Origin: Tubiluchus corallicola
Lineage: Eukaryota; Animalia; Priapulida
Length of the DNA stretch: 64,000 bases
Assembly: GCA_030141605.1 (NCBI GenBank)
Contig: JAQGDQ010000684.1
Span: 49,147-113,146, forward strand
Direction: 5' to 3'
Position 1 is the first letter of the stretch, and every line of letters begins with the position of its first letter. Shown one piece after another: positions 12,719-27,500 of this stretch. Made by a program: the position numbers and the translations under genes. The notes beneath the pieces were generated by a model. That model was not told the origin of the DNA and searched no databases. It saw only the letters and a list, made by a program, of their open reading frames with translations.

Positions 12719-15560
12719 AATAATAATATAATAATCTTTATTAAAAGTCAGTCTTTGGATTAACAATCAACGTAAGCTCATGGAGCTTTTAGTCGACTGT
12801 AAATAACAATTGTACAACTACGTAACAGAGATTACTATTGCTGTACATCAGTACATTAGTACACGCAAATTACTACGCATCAGGCAGGGCAACAGTAGGT
12901 GTACGATTGGAACACGACATTATCACAACTTACGATTGGAACACGACATTATGACAACTTACGTTTGGAACACGACATTATGACAACTTACGATTGGAAC
13001 ACGACATTATAACAACTTACGATTGGAACACGACATTATAACAACTTACGATTGGAACACGACATTATAACAACTTACGATTGGAACACGACATTATGAC
13101 AACTTACGATTGAACACGACTTATACAACTTACGATTGGAAACGACATTATACAACTACGATTGGAACACGACATTATACAACTTACGATTGGAACACGA
13201 CATTATGACAACTTACGATTGGAACACGACATTATGACAACTTACGATTGGAACACGACATTATGACAACTTACGATTGGAACACGACATTATAACAACT
13301 TACGATTGGAACACGACATTATAACAACTTACGATTGGAACACGACATTATAATAACTTACGATTGGAACACGACATTATGACAACTTACGAATGGAACA
13401 CGACATTATGACAACTTACGATTGCAACACGACATTATAACAACTTACGTTTTGCTGTTAAAATTTGCTTGGGATCTGCCACTGTAGCTACCTTCATGCC
13501 CTGAATGGCTCTAAGATTAGCAGGAGTCAACGCAAAACCTACGAAATGAAATGAGAGAAAATATAGGAATACAGACATTTACTTCATGGCTTAACAAAAC
13601 CTTTCACAATTTAAAAATTTTTAACCCTTAAAAATATTGTCCAACACAAATGCAAGAAATCAACACAAAAACATGCAAACAAAGTTTAATCTTTAGTGAC
13701 ACGGTGCAGCGAGTAAGTTGCAGTTCTGGCTTGTCAGGTCTTGATTTTATTGCCTAAGCTTGCATGTTACTAACTATAGACACCAACTATGATGACATAA
13801 ACTGGTTCTAGATCTTGGTTGTAGAACTGGCATTCTTAGCATAGGAACTGCTATTTTAGGGGGAAGGTGAGAGTCTCTTAGTCAACACTCAAAAATGTTC
13901 ACCCCCTCCCATATGTCTTCTTTGCATTGAATGGTACACTATTAGTTCCAGTGATAGGTAAGTTCCATTAAAAATGAACTTGTTCAATTTTTGTATAGAA
14001 GTAAAGTGAACTTTATTCAAGTTCAATTTCATCCCGGCCACAATGAACATTACTCAAGTTCAAGTCCACGATCGGGTTTTGACAAAGTTCAAGTTGCAAT
14101 GAATTAACTGCGTAGGTCTATACATCTAGTTATTTAACTAGCATTGTGGAATTCGCTTTACTAATTTGACTTATTTTCGCTAGTTTTGGCACATGGATTT
14201 GGCTAAATTTGGTTCTGTTTGGCTTAATCTTACCAGGAATTTGGCTTACGAATGACTCCGTCACCGATCGCCCTGCCCAAAGATCTTGCATATTGAGCAC
14301 TAGCATAAATTCACAAGTAACAGAAGTCATTTGTTTTTTGGGTTTTTCTCATTTTAGTTTAGTAGGTGAATTTGAACCTTGAAAATTCAAGTTATTTTTG
14401 TAATAATTGTTAACGTTTCCAAGTTCACAAAAAGTCAAGTTCTTGCAACTCCTTTTTTTGTTTGCGTACTCTGTAAATCAGGGGTGTGCAAATTGCGGCC
14501 CACGGGCCACTTGCGGCCCGCCGAGAGAATCTGTGCGGCCCACAATTTGTCAACCTAATGAAAGTGCGGCCCGGGCGATTAATTGAGTGTATTCAGCTGA
14601 AGTCCGTGCCACGATCCCAATGATAGTGCGGGTAGTTTTTTCTACTAGATCGGATGCCATTAACCCTTACAAGACGGTTGTAGCTTAATGTCACTGTACT
14701 ACACAGACTGTGTGATACACATTACTAATACGCATTGTAATGAAATTACCACTATCTGTCCTGAAAGTAGAAATATATGGTTTGTAATATAAATTTTAAT
14801 AACTTCTAAAATAGTTTCTTGAGTGTAGTAGTAATGATGTACACAGGTCGGATGCAAAAAATCGTTATTAGGCCTTTCTGTAGTTGGCTCCTTGATCAAA
14901 CTGCCTGTGGCCCGCAGGAATTGCGGGAAAGTTTAATGTGGCCCGGCTAGTCAGATAATTTGCACACCCTTGCTGTAAATGAACAGCTCACAGGATAACA
15001 CATTTATGGCTTGAGTTGAAAAGTTCATTAGCATTATTAACTACAATAATATAAGCAAGAAGACGTAAAATTAACCTGCAGGTTTCCCTCCGGTCACTAC
15101 GAATGTTGGATTAGTCTGTCCTGCAAGCACAGTTTGTGGACTAGTGCCCAGCACGAATGTCTGCTGTCCGGGGAGACCAGCTCGAGTTCCTAGAGTGATC
15201 AACTTTGTCTGTGTCGTTCCGCTCTGACCGGGTATTATGAACGGAGCTGCGCCAGCTTGAGAACCTATTCAGAAATAAAAGAATTAAGAATAGAAACCAC
15301 TGCGTCGCCTTCAGACTGATGAGCACAGCAAAGAAATATTAGAAGGAAAGGGAAATATCAAATCAGGTAACTTATGAGGAACAGGGATTGTTGAATCTCT
15401 TCACTGAAGCGCAATTCCAGTAGGGGAAATGTGATATTTACGCTCCCCGCACAAGAGCACGCACACACGCACGCACGTTTTGCTGTATAAAACTAGTCCA
15501 GAATCAAAGCATCAGGTTATCCACTGCCCGCACAGGAATGATAATGATAATGTGATAATG

Positions 15561-15598
<38 letters not shown>

Positions 15599-18500
15599 GA
15601 TACATGAACATTCTACATAGTCTTTGCTCACTGCTTCTGAAATGACGGTAATATATATAAGCTAACTGTTAACAAATACGTGTTTGCGGTTACCATAGAA
15701 ACCAAATTTTCGTAAAATTTAGAATACACATTCTTGTAAAGTTGTTACCTAGGAAGACAGTCTGGCCATGATTTATCTTCATTGCAGGCCCAACGACAGG
15801 CGTTGTCTGTGCCAGTTTCACACCAGATGGCAGGGCTGAAACAACCTGAAAATAACAGTTAAACATTCACTTAGATATACGGCAAAATTTCCTAAGCGAT
15901 AGTATCGAGATTCACTTCATTTCATACTCAGAATTGTAGGAGTTCTACATTGCATCGCGTGACTAAGACAACACAATCATTAACAAGTCACGAGGAATTA
16001 TATTATAATAACTATAGTAGCAGGTACAATCACAGAATCAAATAGCATAATTATTATCAATAGTAAAATACCACTATACTAAAACACAGCGGAAGAATTA
16101 GCCTCGCTAGCCCACAGGTGTAAATGTTCAAGGTAGACCTGTCTTACACAGCTTAAATACAGAAAACTAGAACACTATTAATGTAAAAGGTCATTCAGAA
16201 GCAAATAAGTACAGTAAGATTAGAGCGAAATTTAAGCTATTTCAATGTTATAACAAGCGTAAAAAAGGAGGGAATGAGATGAAAAAATTATGAAAGAGAG
16301 ATGAGCAAGAAGACAAACAATGTAATATTCACAAGTCAAGTTAATCAAACGCCAAGTAAATATAGGAAGCACTTTGCGACAAAAGGAAAGCATACCTTTA
16401 CACCACCCTCGGGTAAAGAAAGATTTTGTTGAGGTTGACTAATCAGTTTAGATGTACCTGAAATAACAAGAAGTAACAAAAATTTAAAAACCACAAAGTA
16501 ATTGCAGGTGACGACCAACGAATGATTACATGTAACATGAAATAAACAATATGATATTGCGAAATTCCATGTACAATTCCAACCTGTTGTCATTTCTGAC
16601 GAAACTGTGGAACTTGACTGTCGTACTAGTCAGATGATGACCGCAAAATTCAGTCCATAGTTACAGCGGCGTTTGCGTTTTGTTATCAGATGTGAGAAGG
16701 TGTCATTTCCGAAGAAACTGTGGAACTTGACAGTCGTACTAGTCAGATGATGACCGCAAAATTCAGTCCATAGTTACAGCGGCGTTTGCGTTTTGTTATC
16801 AGATGTGAGAAGGTGTCATTTCCGAAGAAACTGTGGAACTTGACAGTCGTACTAGTCAGATGATGACAGCAAAATTCAGTCCATAGTTACAGCAGCGTTT
16901 GCGTTTGGTTATCAGATGTGAGAAGGTGTCATTTCTGAAGAAACTGTGGAACTTGACAGTCGTACTAGTCAGATGATGACAGCAAAATTCAGTCCATAGT
17001 TACAGCAGCGTTTGCGTTTGGTTATCAGATGTGAGAAGGTGTCATTTCTGAAGAAACTGTGGAACTTGACTGTCGTACTAGTCAGATGATGACAGCAAAA
17101 TTCAGTCCTTCGTTACAGCAGCGTTTGCGTTTGGTTATCAGGTGTGAGAAGGTGTCATTTCTGAAGAAACTGTGGAACTTGACTGTCGTACTAGTCAGAT
17201 GATGACCGCAAAATTCAGTCCATAGTTACAGCGGCGTTTGCATTTGGTTATCAGATGTGACATTTCGCTGTGTAGCATTGTTTACAAAACCAGCATTGCA
17301 GAAACGGCGTCGTTGTTTATCCAAGGAAGTCGTTGTTCGAAAGTTTCCAGAACAAAACCAAACAAAATATTTTGGGGAAATGCATTTTCGGGGCTCTATT
17401 TCCGTTAGGAAGGAAGCCGCGAAATTTAATAAAATTAGTGTCATATTTCAAGTAATGGTTAGCTATTCTGATTAAATGAAATTGACCAGCTTTATTTTAT
17501 TTCAAGTTATGCTGTAACTCGTTTTTATTTTAAATTTGATTTTTAATTAAAAAAACAGCCTAAAAATTTGAAAAATCTACAAAGGATACGACACAAAATT
17601 ACAAATGTTTCATCTACAATTGCAGTCAATATTATCGACCAAATTGCAAGCAAAAGATTTCACCGATGAGGGAGTTAACACGAGGTTTGATTATCGTTTT
17701 GAAAAGTGAAGATTTTGCGAAGATTTCCCACCTTGTATTTCAGCGCTGGAACTAGAGACAACCTGAAGTGGGGAACTCGTAACGATCCTAGCTATAATTG
17801 GTTTGTTGACACCTCCAGGTGAAGGCGGGGCGGATGATTTTCCACCGGCCGACGGTGGCCGCGACGTCACCACCACCTGCTGATTACCGACTGTCACCAC
17901 TTTAGGAGATGCTATAAATAAATATGTAAAATATGTAAAAGTAAATGCATGGTGTGTATATTTCAGGTGAGCAATTCATTAGCAAAAAACAAGTTACTAC
18001 TTATCATCATTACAAGTCAAAGAGAATTTTTAAAAGGGAAGACAAGGAGATTTTAAAGTATATCTCAAAAAACTGCCCGTACAAAGTTATATTACTTAGC
18101 ATTATGTTTACCTGTTTGAAAGACTTACGTAATTGGAAAAGAAAATTCTTAATAATTTGAAATATTCGCAGGTAAAACTGCATTGCATCAGCATCCCAGC
18201 ATGCACCACTGGCACACCAAAAAAAACATTGTTCTGACTATCAATATAAAGTAATTTAAACTTTTGCTTAGCTAGCGAAAAATGTGCAAAAAATGCCCAG
18301 ATTATTTTTTCGAACATTACGCAATGTTATCTAAACTTGTTTCAAAGAAGTTACCATTAAAATTGGTTGTTGCCTAACAGTCATTACAAGAGTTTTAATT
18401 TACAAATTAGCAAAGGCCACGCAAAAAATTTTGCGTATACACAGACTTATAATCAATAATGCGCGAGCATCCTACCTAGTGTTGGTTTATTTACCTGACA

Positions 18501-21500
18501 CAAAGTCAGCAGCAGCAGCTTTTACTGAATTAAAGTCATAAGCAGAGTGTAATGGATGACGTCAAAACAATGGCTTTGCGTCAGCAGTTTTATAAGCGAA
18601 AATTGCCGAAAATAGAACATCTAATTAACTCGTCGGCACTCCTCTTGGTGTTCTAAAGCATGGCCGACATCAACGTGTAGCCCTGTTCTTCCTGTTTCTA
18701 AAGAGCCGTATATCTCCTTTCAAGAGTCTCACCAGGCGCCGCTAGAACGTTTTTTCTACTTGCCGTTTGACCAAAAGTTTGAAAAAATCGCGACTTGGGT
18801 ACGGGAAAACGCCGTGGCCCTCTCGCGAATTGCAAGTATGCCTACTACACCCACCGCCGAACGGGCTATCTATCCATGGCCAGCACCACCCACGGCTCGT
18901 TCCCGTTCTCTAGAAATAAGAGGTATAAGTTTTGCAAAAAACGGCCGAAAAATGGCCATTTTTGGAGGTTTTTCGCCCCCCGTTCCTCTCGATGGGCCCG
19001 ATTCAAATAATAAACCCCCAACGGCACGACACTAGATCGAGACCTTTCGTTTGGTATATAGATCGACGCAAATGGTGCTGCCGTCGGAGCTGTAGCCTCA
19101 ATATCAAGCCCATACCAGTGAAATTAATATATACGATTTAAACAGCGCTACTACTAATACAAGCTCTATATGCATTAAGTATGAAACTGATACAAACTTC
19201 AAAAAGGATTTTTTAAACTTTATTTACGAAGAACGTTTTCTTGACCTTTAACTAACCTAATTTATAACATACCAGGAGTAGGCGTACGTGGACTCATAAC
19301 TGGACTAGGTGGATTCTCGTGTTTAAAAATCATCTGAGTGGCTTGAGATGAAGACTTAGCAGGGATATACTGTATTCTTGGCTTTCCAGATATAATCTGT
19401 GCTGCAGGTTTCCCACCGGGAGCAGCCTTTACTTGAACAGCAGTTGGTGGTCCAGGCATATACTGCGTCACGTGTTTGGTTGTTATGTACTGAGACGCAG
19501 GTTTTCCACTGGAAATAATCTGCGTTGGTTTTCCCGGAAGAATCTGCGTCGCCTGCGTAACGTGGACGACCTGAGCAGCCGGCTTTCCGGTCAGTAAGTG
19601 CGTAGCCGGCTTGCCGGAGACGACGTTGCGTTTGACCCCGGAGTAAACCGTCGGCTGTTTACCGGGATACACAGCCTGCGGCTGCTTGCCGGCCAGAGCT
19701 TGTGCGGCCGCCGCACGCGAAAGCAGTTGAGTGGCTGGATTTCCAGTTATGATCTGAGAATACTGCACTCCCGATGAACTCGGCGACCCGCTAATGATGT
19801 GAGGTCCATTTTTGCCGGGTATTTGATTAATGATAACAGGTCGCGTTCCGACTTGCTGTAATCCTGGAGCCACTTGCTGAAGTCCGGTGACTATCACCGT
19901 TCCTGGTGAAGATCCGGCGACACCTACAATCAAACCATAATGCTAAATTGAAACAGCTGTGCAGTTTTTGATCTTCTACAATACAGTCAACCCTCGTTAA
20001 ACCGGAACTAATTGGGGGATAGGTGGTCCAGTTTAGCCGATTGTACAATTTATCCGATATGCCTATATATGGTCTATATTATACAGGAATAATCACCTTA
20101 ATAAGGCCTATATACATTGCACTATATACTATACTGTATATTACTTTAAAATAAATTAGTGTGTACGATCACGCAAGTGCACACTAGACCAAGCTACTCA
20201 ATAGGCTAAGTTGGAGTGCATGAAAAGGGCGAAGTTGGAGTGCCCGAAAAGGGCGAAGTTGGAGTGCCTGAAAAGGGCGTGCCTTTCTTAATTTTATCCA
20301 ATTAAATCACTTATTAACGAATAGCACGACTGGATAGCCGATATTCTCCTGAGTGGAACAGTACGTAATTTGTAATATTTAGTTATGTCTGTGTTCATAC
20401 AGTAGTAGAAAAGTCATAGGTCTTATAAGATCTATTCTGAATGGTCCTGAAAGAGTCAACAGCAAAATAACAGCTTGAAAGTGGTAAGTGTTTCAAAATT
20501 ACAGACTGTATTTAGCGGAAAACTCTCACAAAAACTGACAAGAATCTGTGTTAATTTTTTTGCTATAATTTTTAGATACTTAAATACCTGGAGAAGCCGG
20601 TTTTCCAGTGGCGGTGTTAACAGCTGGCTGGTATATTTTAAGTCTCGGTCTTGGCGCAGTTTCAGGTTGTGTCAACGTGAGGGGAAGAGCAGATTCAGTG
20701 CTGATTTTCGCTGCGGTCGAAGTTCCCGATGCAGCCTGTTCGACGACAGCTTGGGAAAGCTTAAACATTAGAAATAAACCCGTTCATTTTTTGCACTAGA
20801 AACAGAATAGAAAAACTATTTCACAACGCACACCACAGATGGTTTGAAGAAACCAAAAAACTTGAAATTTAGTTTTAAGATTTTATTTTGAAATCATAAA
20901 CAGTGAAGTAGTGTCCTGTTGAAAAGCAGAAAACCAAGTGACCAAAAACTACAGGTGAAATCATTTAGGTGTGAAAACAGGTTTAGAGATTATGCATTCA
21001 TAAAGACTGTAGAAGCCAATGAAAATTTAAACAGTAAAGAGAAAGATATAACAATTTTACCAAGAACACCTGAAGGTGGCAGCACTATCCAAAACTCAGA
21101 AAAGTATGATGACAATACACAACATAAATTTAAATTTAGAGTAATTCTGTCCAACAAATGCCACCAAAAACAACATCATTCGTATTATGTGTGGTGCTAC
21201 TTGTATGTAGTAATCTTTAAGCGATAAGAAACGGGAATTTTAAAGTATGTATACTACTTTCTGAACTTTCCATACAAAGCTTTGCTACTTTGCATTAAAC
21301 TTATCTGTTTGAAAGACTTACGTAATTGGAAAAGAAAATTCTTAGTAATGTTTGCTACAGCTGATAAAAACATCACTGGATCATATCCCAGTGTGCACCA
21401 CTGACTTCCCAGAAAATGTATTATTAAAGGAAAAGCCAACGTTTTAGAGAAGTTGAACTTTAATACTTGCGAAAAATGTTAGAAAGTTTCAGGAATAAAA

Positions 21501-24500
21501 TTGTAATAAGCATCGCCTGTAATTAAAAGTGAATTTAAACTTGCAATCACTTCATGTTCGGGCGCGCTCATTTTGAATGAAAAACCGTGTCGTTTCGGTT
21601 ACAGTGGAACACAAACATACAGGTGCGTGAGCAAACTTTTTTACAGCTGCAGTACAAACATTCCAAAATTTTAAACGTAAGATTATTAAAAATTCTCACA
21701 GAATTGCACGCTTGTCTGAAACTCATTCCAGGACGAAATTTTTTAGCATACGTAAAAAATGTGCTTGTCTTGTCCTTTAACAATGGTGCTACTCAACACA
21801 CTTTAATTAACAACAAATTACACTCACCTGAGTAGCTGCTAATCGCGGCTGTCCAATTGGAGGTCTCAGGCTAGGTGAGTTTGGACTTTGCTGACCATTG
21901 GCTAACACTGAAGTCGCAGGTTTACCACCTATGGTAAGCCCGGCTGTCTTTCCAGTCAGCGCCATTTGCAACAACTGCAAGTAAACAAGTTGTCTCAATA
22001 GTATTGTAAGTGAACAAATAATTGTCTTTTTACACAAATCTAACGTTCATTTTAACGTAAATGCGTTAAATTAATAATCGACAATTTTTTTTACTGAATG
22101 TCCATCTTTTTCTGCACTGACAGCAGTAATAGCACAATGATTTATCCTGGAAGTTATAACTCTGCACAATTGATTCTATATTTTTATACAAAGAGATATA
22201 CACGTGGCTACACTGATGTACGTGATGTAAACAAAGTGACGGCCTGCCAACTAGCGGTCAGCTTGTGAAATAATGTACTGGGTCCGTAAGAATTTTCTCA
22301 ATGAATATACGCGATTTACAAAAATGGCACTACTGGTCTTGCAAGAACTCGGAATTCTCATCCCTGCAACTAACTGCCTCAGTACACAACCGGTAGGTTA
22401 AATTCATACCTGCTTTTGCAGAGCGGGACTAAGTGCTCTAGGACTCGGAGGAGCCTGCGGTTGAATGAACAAATCATCAGACTGGGATGCAGCTGCCGTC
22501 ATTTGCTAGAAAAACGATTCGACAACAATGACGATGATAGTGACAGCAATATAAAGAAACGAGTTAAAAATAGAACATAAAATAGTTGAAAAAATTTGTC
22601 AAAATCTAGTGAAAATAATAAAAGTAATTTGTTATTGCAGTTTTCTACAGAATGTAACAGAACTTCTATTCAAATTTCTTTCATTTCCACAAGCAAGAAT
22701 GTCTGTGTTTGCATTCCAGCAGAGAAATAAATTCATTTGGGTTTTCTAACTTAATTTGCTTATGTGAAGTAAAAAACTCTTCTCTTAAACTACGACTCCA
22801 CGTGAGCTTAATGCATCATCCGTAATGCGTGATGCATGATCCGTAATGCGTGATGCACGATCCGTAATGCGTGACGCACGATCCGTAATGCGTGACGCAC
22901 GATCCGTAATGCGTGACGCACGATCCGTAATGCGTGACGCACGATCCGTAATGCGTGATGCACGATCCGTAATGCGTGATGCACGATCCGTAATGCGTGA
23001 TGCATGATGATCAATCAATCAATCAATCAATTTATTTCACTCCAGCAATACATATACAATACATCAACATTCAATATTATTGAGACAAAAAGAAACAGTA
23101 TAGGTAAAAAAACGTTGATGAAGTCAAATTAACCAAATAAAAGAGTTGCTGTATGACACCTTGAAAGCTTGGCTTGTTAAGGTGGCACAAATGAGTGAAA
23201 GAAAGAATGGTTAGGGTTAGTAGACATGATGGAATGGAAGAAACAGTAAGATTAGGGATAGGAAGAAGGAAGAGGAGAAGAAACGACCAGACAATAGTAT
23301 AAACTATTGTATACCCACCACGCATCATTCATTATTTACCACGCATTACGCACCATGCATTACGCATCATGCATCACGCATTACGCATCCATGCATCATT
23401 CATTATGTACCATGCATTACGCACCACGCATTACGCATCATGCATTACGCACCACGCATTACGCACCATGCATTATGAACACATGGAGTCGCACTTTTAC
23501 TGCACTTTACTTTACTGCAACAACAATACATGCACGAAAAATCATTTGTTCTAAAATTAACAAATTGTAAATTTAAAACAATAACTTCAATTATACTGGC
23601 TATTTTAATTTTGAACACTATGGGTTAAGGAAAAATTGGTTAGTTTATCTAATTCATATTCAGAATGCGTAGCTTTGACCATCAAAAAAGTCCAACGTTC
23701 AATAAAATGATTTTCAGAAAACTTACTTGTTGAAGCACTTCTTTAATAGTCTTGGGTGAAGGCTTCATGTTACTCACGGCTGTTTTTTGTGACAATGTGA
23801 CAGAAATGTCACTCATGACTTCATGCGCTTCAGCTTGTAGTGATGTTGGTAATGGGGCAGTAACTGCAGGACTCAACGAACTTGTCTCACTTTTTGTTTT
23901 CTAACAAAACAGAAAATTTTTCCAGTCAGACACAGAAAACTTTAAAAAAACATAAAAAATTGCAAGCAGTCGAATACATTATTACTATGACACGTTTTGT
24001 ATGACACACTTAGAGATTTAACATGAATCTCATATGGACTGAATGAATCTCCATGCAAGCCATATTGTTCTCTATTGTGCAGAAATATGTAACACCTAAT
24101 TAATAACAATCTTGGCAAAGCAACTTCTGAACGGGCTTGCCCCATTCACGCAGGTGTTAAACGGGTTAGCGTCACATTGCGTTAGACAACCAAGATATTC
24201 ATTAGGGTAGATTCACGCTAGTAACTTTGCTCCGAGTCACTTCAAATGCTGTGAAACGGCCAAAGTGCACTAAATAACTACAGACGTTAAAACTGGTATG
24301 TAGACGTATGTGGGATTCGTGGGAAACCGATAAATGACAAAGCGCATAGGAAAACCATTTTACGGCGCAGAGAAGCTAGTTTTAGTTTCACAAAGGAAAA
24401 CCATTTTAGCTCGTTTTAGTCTCTGCTCATTTGCAAAACACTCAAGCTAACAAACTTGTTAAAACAATTACCATACTGTAGCGCCAATTTTTGGTAATAT

Positions 24501-27500
24501 TTTTACACTTCACTAATTGCTAATCCAGCCACTAAGTTTTTTATAATAACGACATCATTAGAGTTAGTAGTGACACGTTTCTCGTGTTCTGAGATGTGAT
24601 TCACATAAAAAAACAGTGAAGAATTCCTCAGCCATAAGCATAGGTCCTCCTGATTACAAGACAGGTACTCTACCAACTAAGCTACTGGAGAGCGATCGTT
24701 TTAACAAAAACGTCTATCTTAACATCTTGAATTGCGATCAAACATTGTGAACGGAGACAGCAGTAGGCAAACGTACAAATATTAGTGAAATGTAATTAGT
24801 TTAACTGCAGTAAATTAGATAATCGGTACAATTGGACGAAAACATATCAGTAATAAGTTGAAGCGTCATCTCCCAGTAATGATTAAATTTCATTAGTAGA
24901 AAACACCCGTTTTTTGTACGTGAAGCAAAATGAAATCACAGTTACTGAAACAATGTTCATAAAGAAGGAAATATGGGAAACCTTTGGTTTGGGTTTGCTC
25001 ATTCCTTTTTTGGCTTTCACTGCAGCTGCTTGGGCAATGTGAAGTCGTTCTGTAAAAAGAAATGGTACGTATTAATAAGCATCTTGTAGTGGTAAAGGTC
25101 TACATATTATGTTACAATCTTAAATATGGCAATGAAGGAAGATGTAATCGAATAAAGGCCAATCTGTTATAGTATCTGTTATAGTGTAGTGTAGTGCAGT
25201 GTAGTGTAGTGTAGTGTAGTGTAGTGTAGTGTAGTGTAGTGTAGTGTAGTGTAGTGTAGTGTAGTGTAGTGTAGTGTAGTGTAGTGTAGTGTAGTGTAGT
25301 GTAGTGTAGTGTAGTGTAGTGTAGTGTAGTAGAGTAGAGTACAGTAGAGTAGAGTAGAGTAGAGTAGAGTAGAGTAGAGTAGAGTAGAGTAGAGTAGAGT
25401 AGAGTAGAGTAGAGTAGAGTAGAGTAAAGTAGAGTAGAGTAGAGTGCTCATGGAATGCTTCTGCCATTAAAAATTATGTTCTGACGTCAACAAAAGCTGG
25501 ATTCACCGCTTGTTAACGAAGCTTATAAGCCATTACTTAATTATCAGAAACACTACAGCTTCATTCTAGGGTTACAATGTATACGTTTCACTGTACTTCA
25601 AAATAGAGCATGGTATGAAAAAACAGCCTGTTTTCCTTTAATAAATTTGTACCCATAAAAGCAGATACAAGCTCCATAAAGTTCAAAATAATCAGTAAAT
25701 TTTAATCCAGTTTACCAAATTCCTCAGCGGATCGATGCCTGTGGAGGTAGATCCACAATTTTCTGTTTCCGTCGTACTTCACGCACGGATCCTTTTCGTA
25801 ATGAAGTCTGTCTAGAGCTCCGCTTACGACAGTATTAATCTGAAATCAAGACGTCGGAGTTTATGATATATTTCCTCAAATATAACCACAATTTGTAGCA
25901 ACAACTCCACCACTCACGAATACACCGCATACATACACAGGGTGGCGCAACTCAAAAGTAGTGTGCTCACTTGGACCCATCCCGGAGGTCGCAGGTTCAG
26001 CTCCCGCGGAGTGTGTACCAAAGACTTAAAAAATTGTACCGCTGGTTCTACGACCAAACCTTCGACCATTATGGGTTTATCGATGCAACGTGCGGGTAAT
26101 AATAATCGGGACCACCTTGAATATAACTACTGATGTACTTAAGGTGATATCCCTTAACTATGTAATAAACGAAATTAATATTATATACAAATGCAGATAT
26201 GTATACAGCAGTGTTAAATGAGATGCAATATTGAGATGAATTGAGATCTACTAACATGTCCTTTGCATCATCACTCACTTCTGATTATTTACTTTTGTTC
26301 AGTCAAATGTTTTGAAGAAAGTAGGTCCTCGCTGCTAATGGGTTAAAAGTTCTACAGCAGGGGTGTGCAAATTATCTGACTAGGCGGGCCACATTAAACT
26401 TTCCCGCAATTCCTGCGGGCCACATGCAGTTTGATCAAGGAGCCAAGTACAGAAAGGCTTAATAACGATTTTTTTGCATCCGACCTGCGTACATCATTAC
26501 TACTACACTCAAGAAACTATTTTAGAAGTTACTAAAATTTATATTACAAACCATATATTTCTACTTTCAGGACAGATAGTGGTAATTTCATTACAATGCA
26601 TATTAGTAATGTGTATCACACAGTCTGTGTAGTACAGTGACATTAAGCTACAACCGTCTTGTAAGGGTTAATGGCATCCGATCTAGTAGAAAAAACTACC
26701 TGCACTATCTTTGGGGTCGTGGCACAGACTTCAGCTGGATACACTCAATTAATCGCCCGGGCCGCACTTTCATTAGGTTGACAAATCTCATCGCGGGCCA
26801 CAAAAATTATTCTCTTGGCGGGCCGCAATTTGCACACTCCTGTTCTACAGCATGGCGGACTGTGACTGTGACAGAGTTTAGACAAAAATAAATAAGATTG
26901 CAAAATATTTACAAAATACTTTTGTGTACAGTAACAAACTGTTTGCTGTTAAGTAAAATGACAGAAATGAATTAAAATTATGTATTTTTGAGAAAATAGA
27001 ATACACTCGTATGTCGGTTTGTTAGACAAAACCGGGGAATTTTTGATATGAATTTGCCGATTGTCCGTATTTACCAATACTAAGCTGATACAGTAGGTAC
27101 CGCATGTGTTAGACTTATGGTACGGTAAGATCAATTGTTTCAAAAATGTGTAGTGAGGGCCGCTCCTATGCAAAAGTATATATAAAAACTGCCGGCAATT
27201 GACTCAAACATAATTGACTCTATATTTTTATATATAGAGATATACGCGTGGTTACACTGATGTAACAATGTAAACAAAGTGACAGCCAGCCAACTAGCGC
27301 AGGGATGAGACTGACAAATTTCAAAAAACTCTGAAACAGGCCGTAGGCAGCAACAAATTGCAATTTTGTGACCATAGAGAGCCTCTAAGTGGACTTAAAA
27401 TATCAGTTACCGTGTTTCATGCATAATTTAAAATACCCAACTATCAAGGATGCATGATACCTAATTGTCTCAAAAACGCCCAAGTACTGGCCACTCCTAT

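Noticed and set aside
12480-12766. Poly-I/T/V/L ORFs
   Set aside because: Trinucleotide microsatellite
25120-25467. YSTLL/YTTLH ORFs
   Set aside because: Pentanucleotide microsatellite
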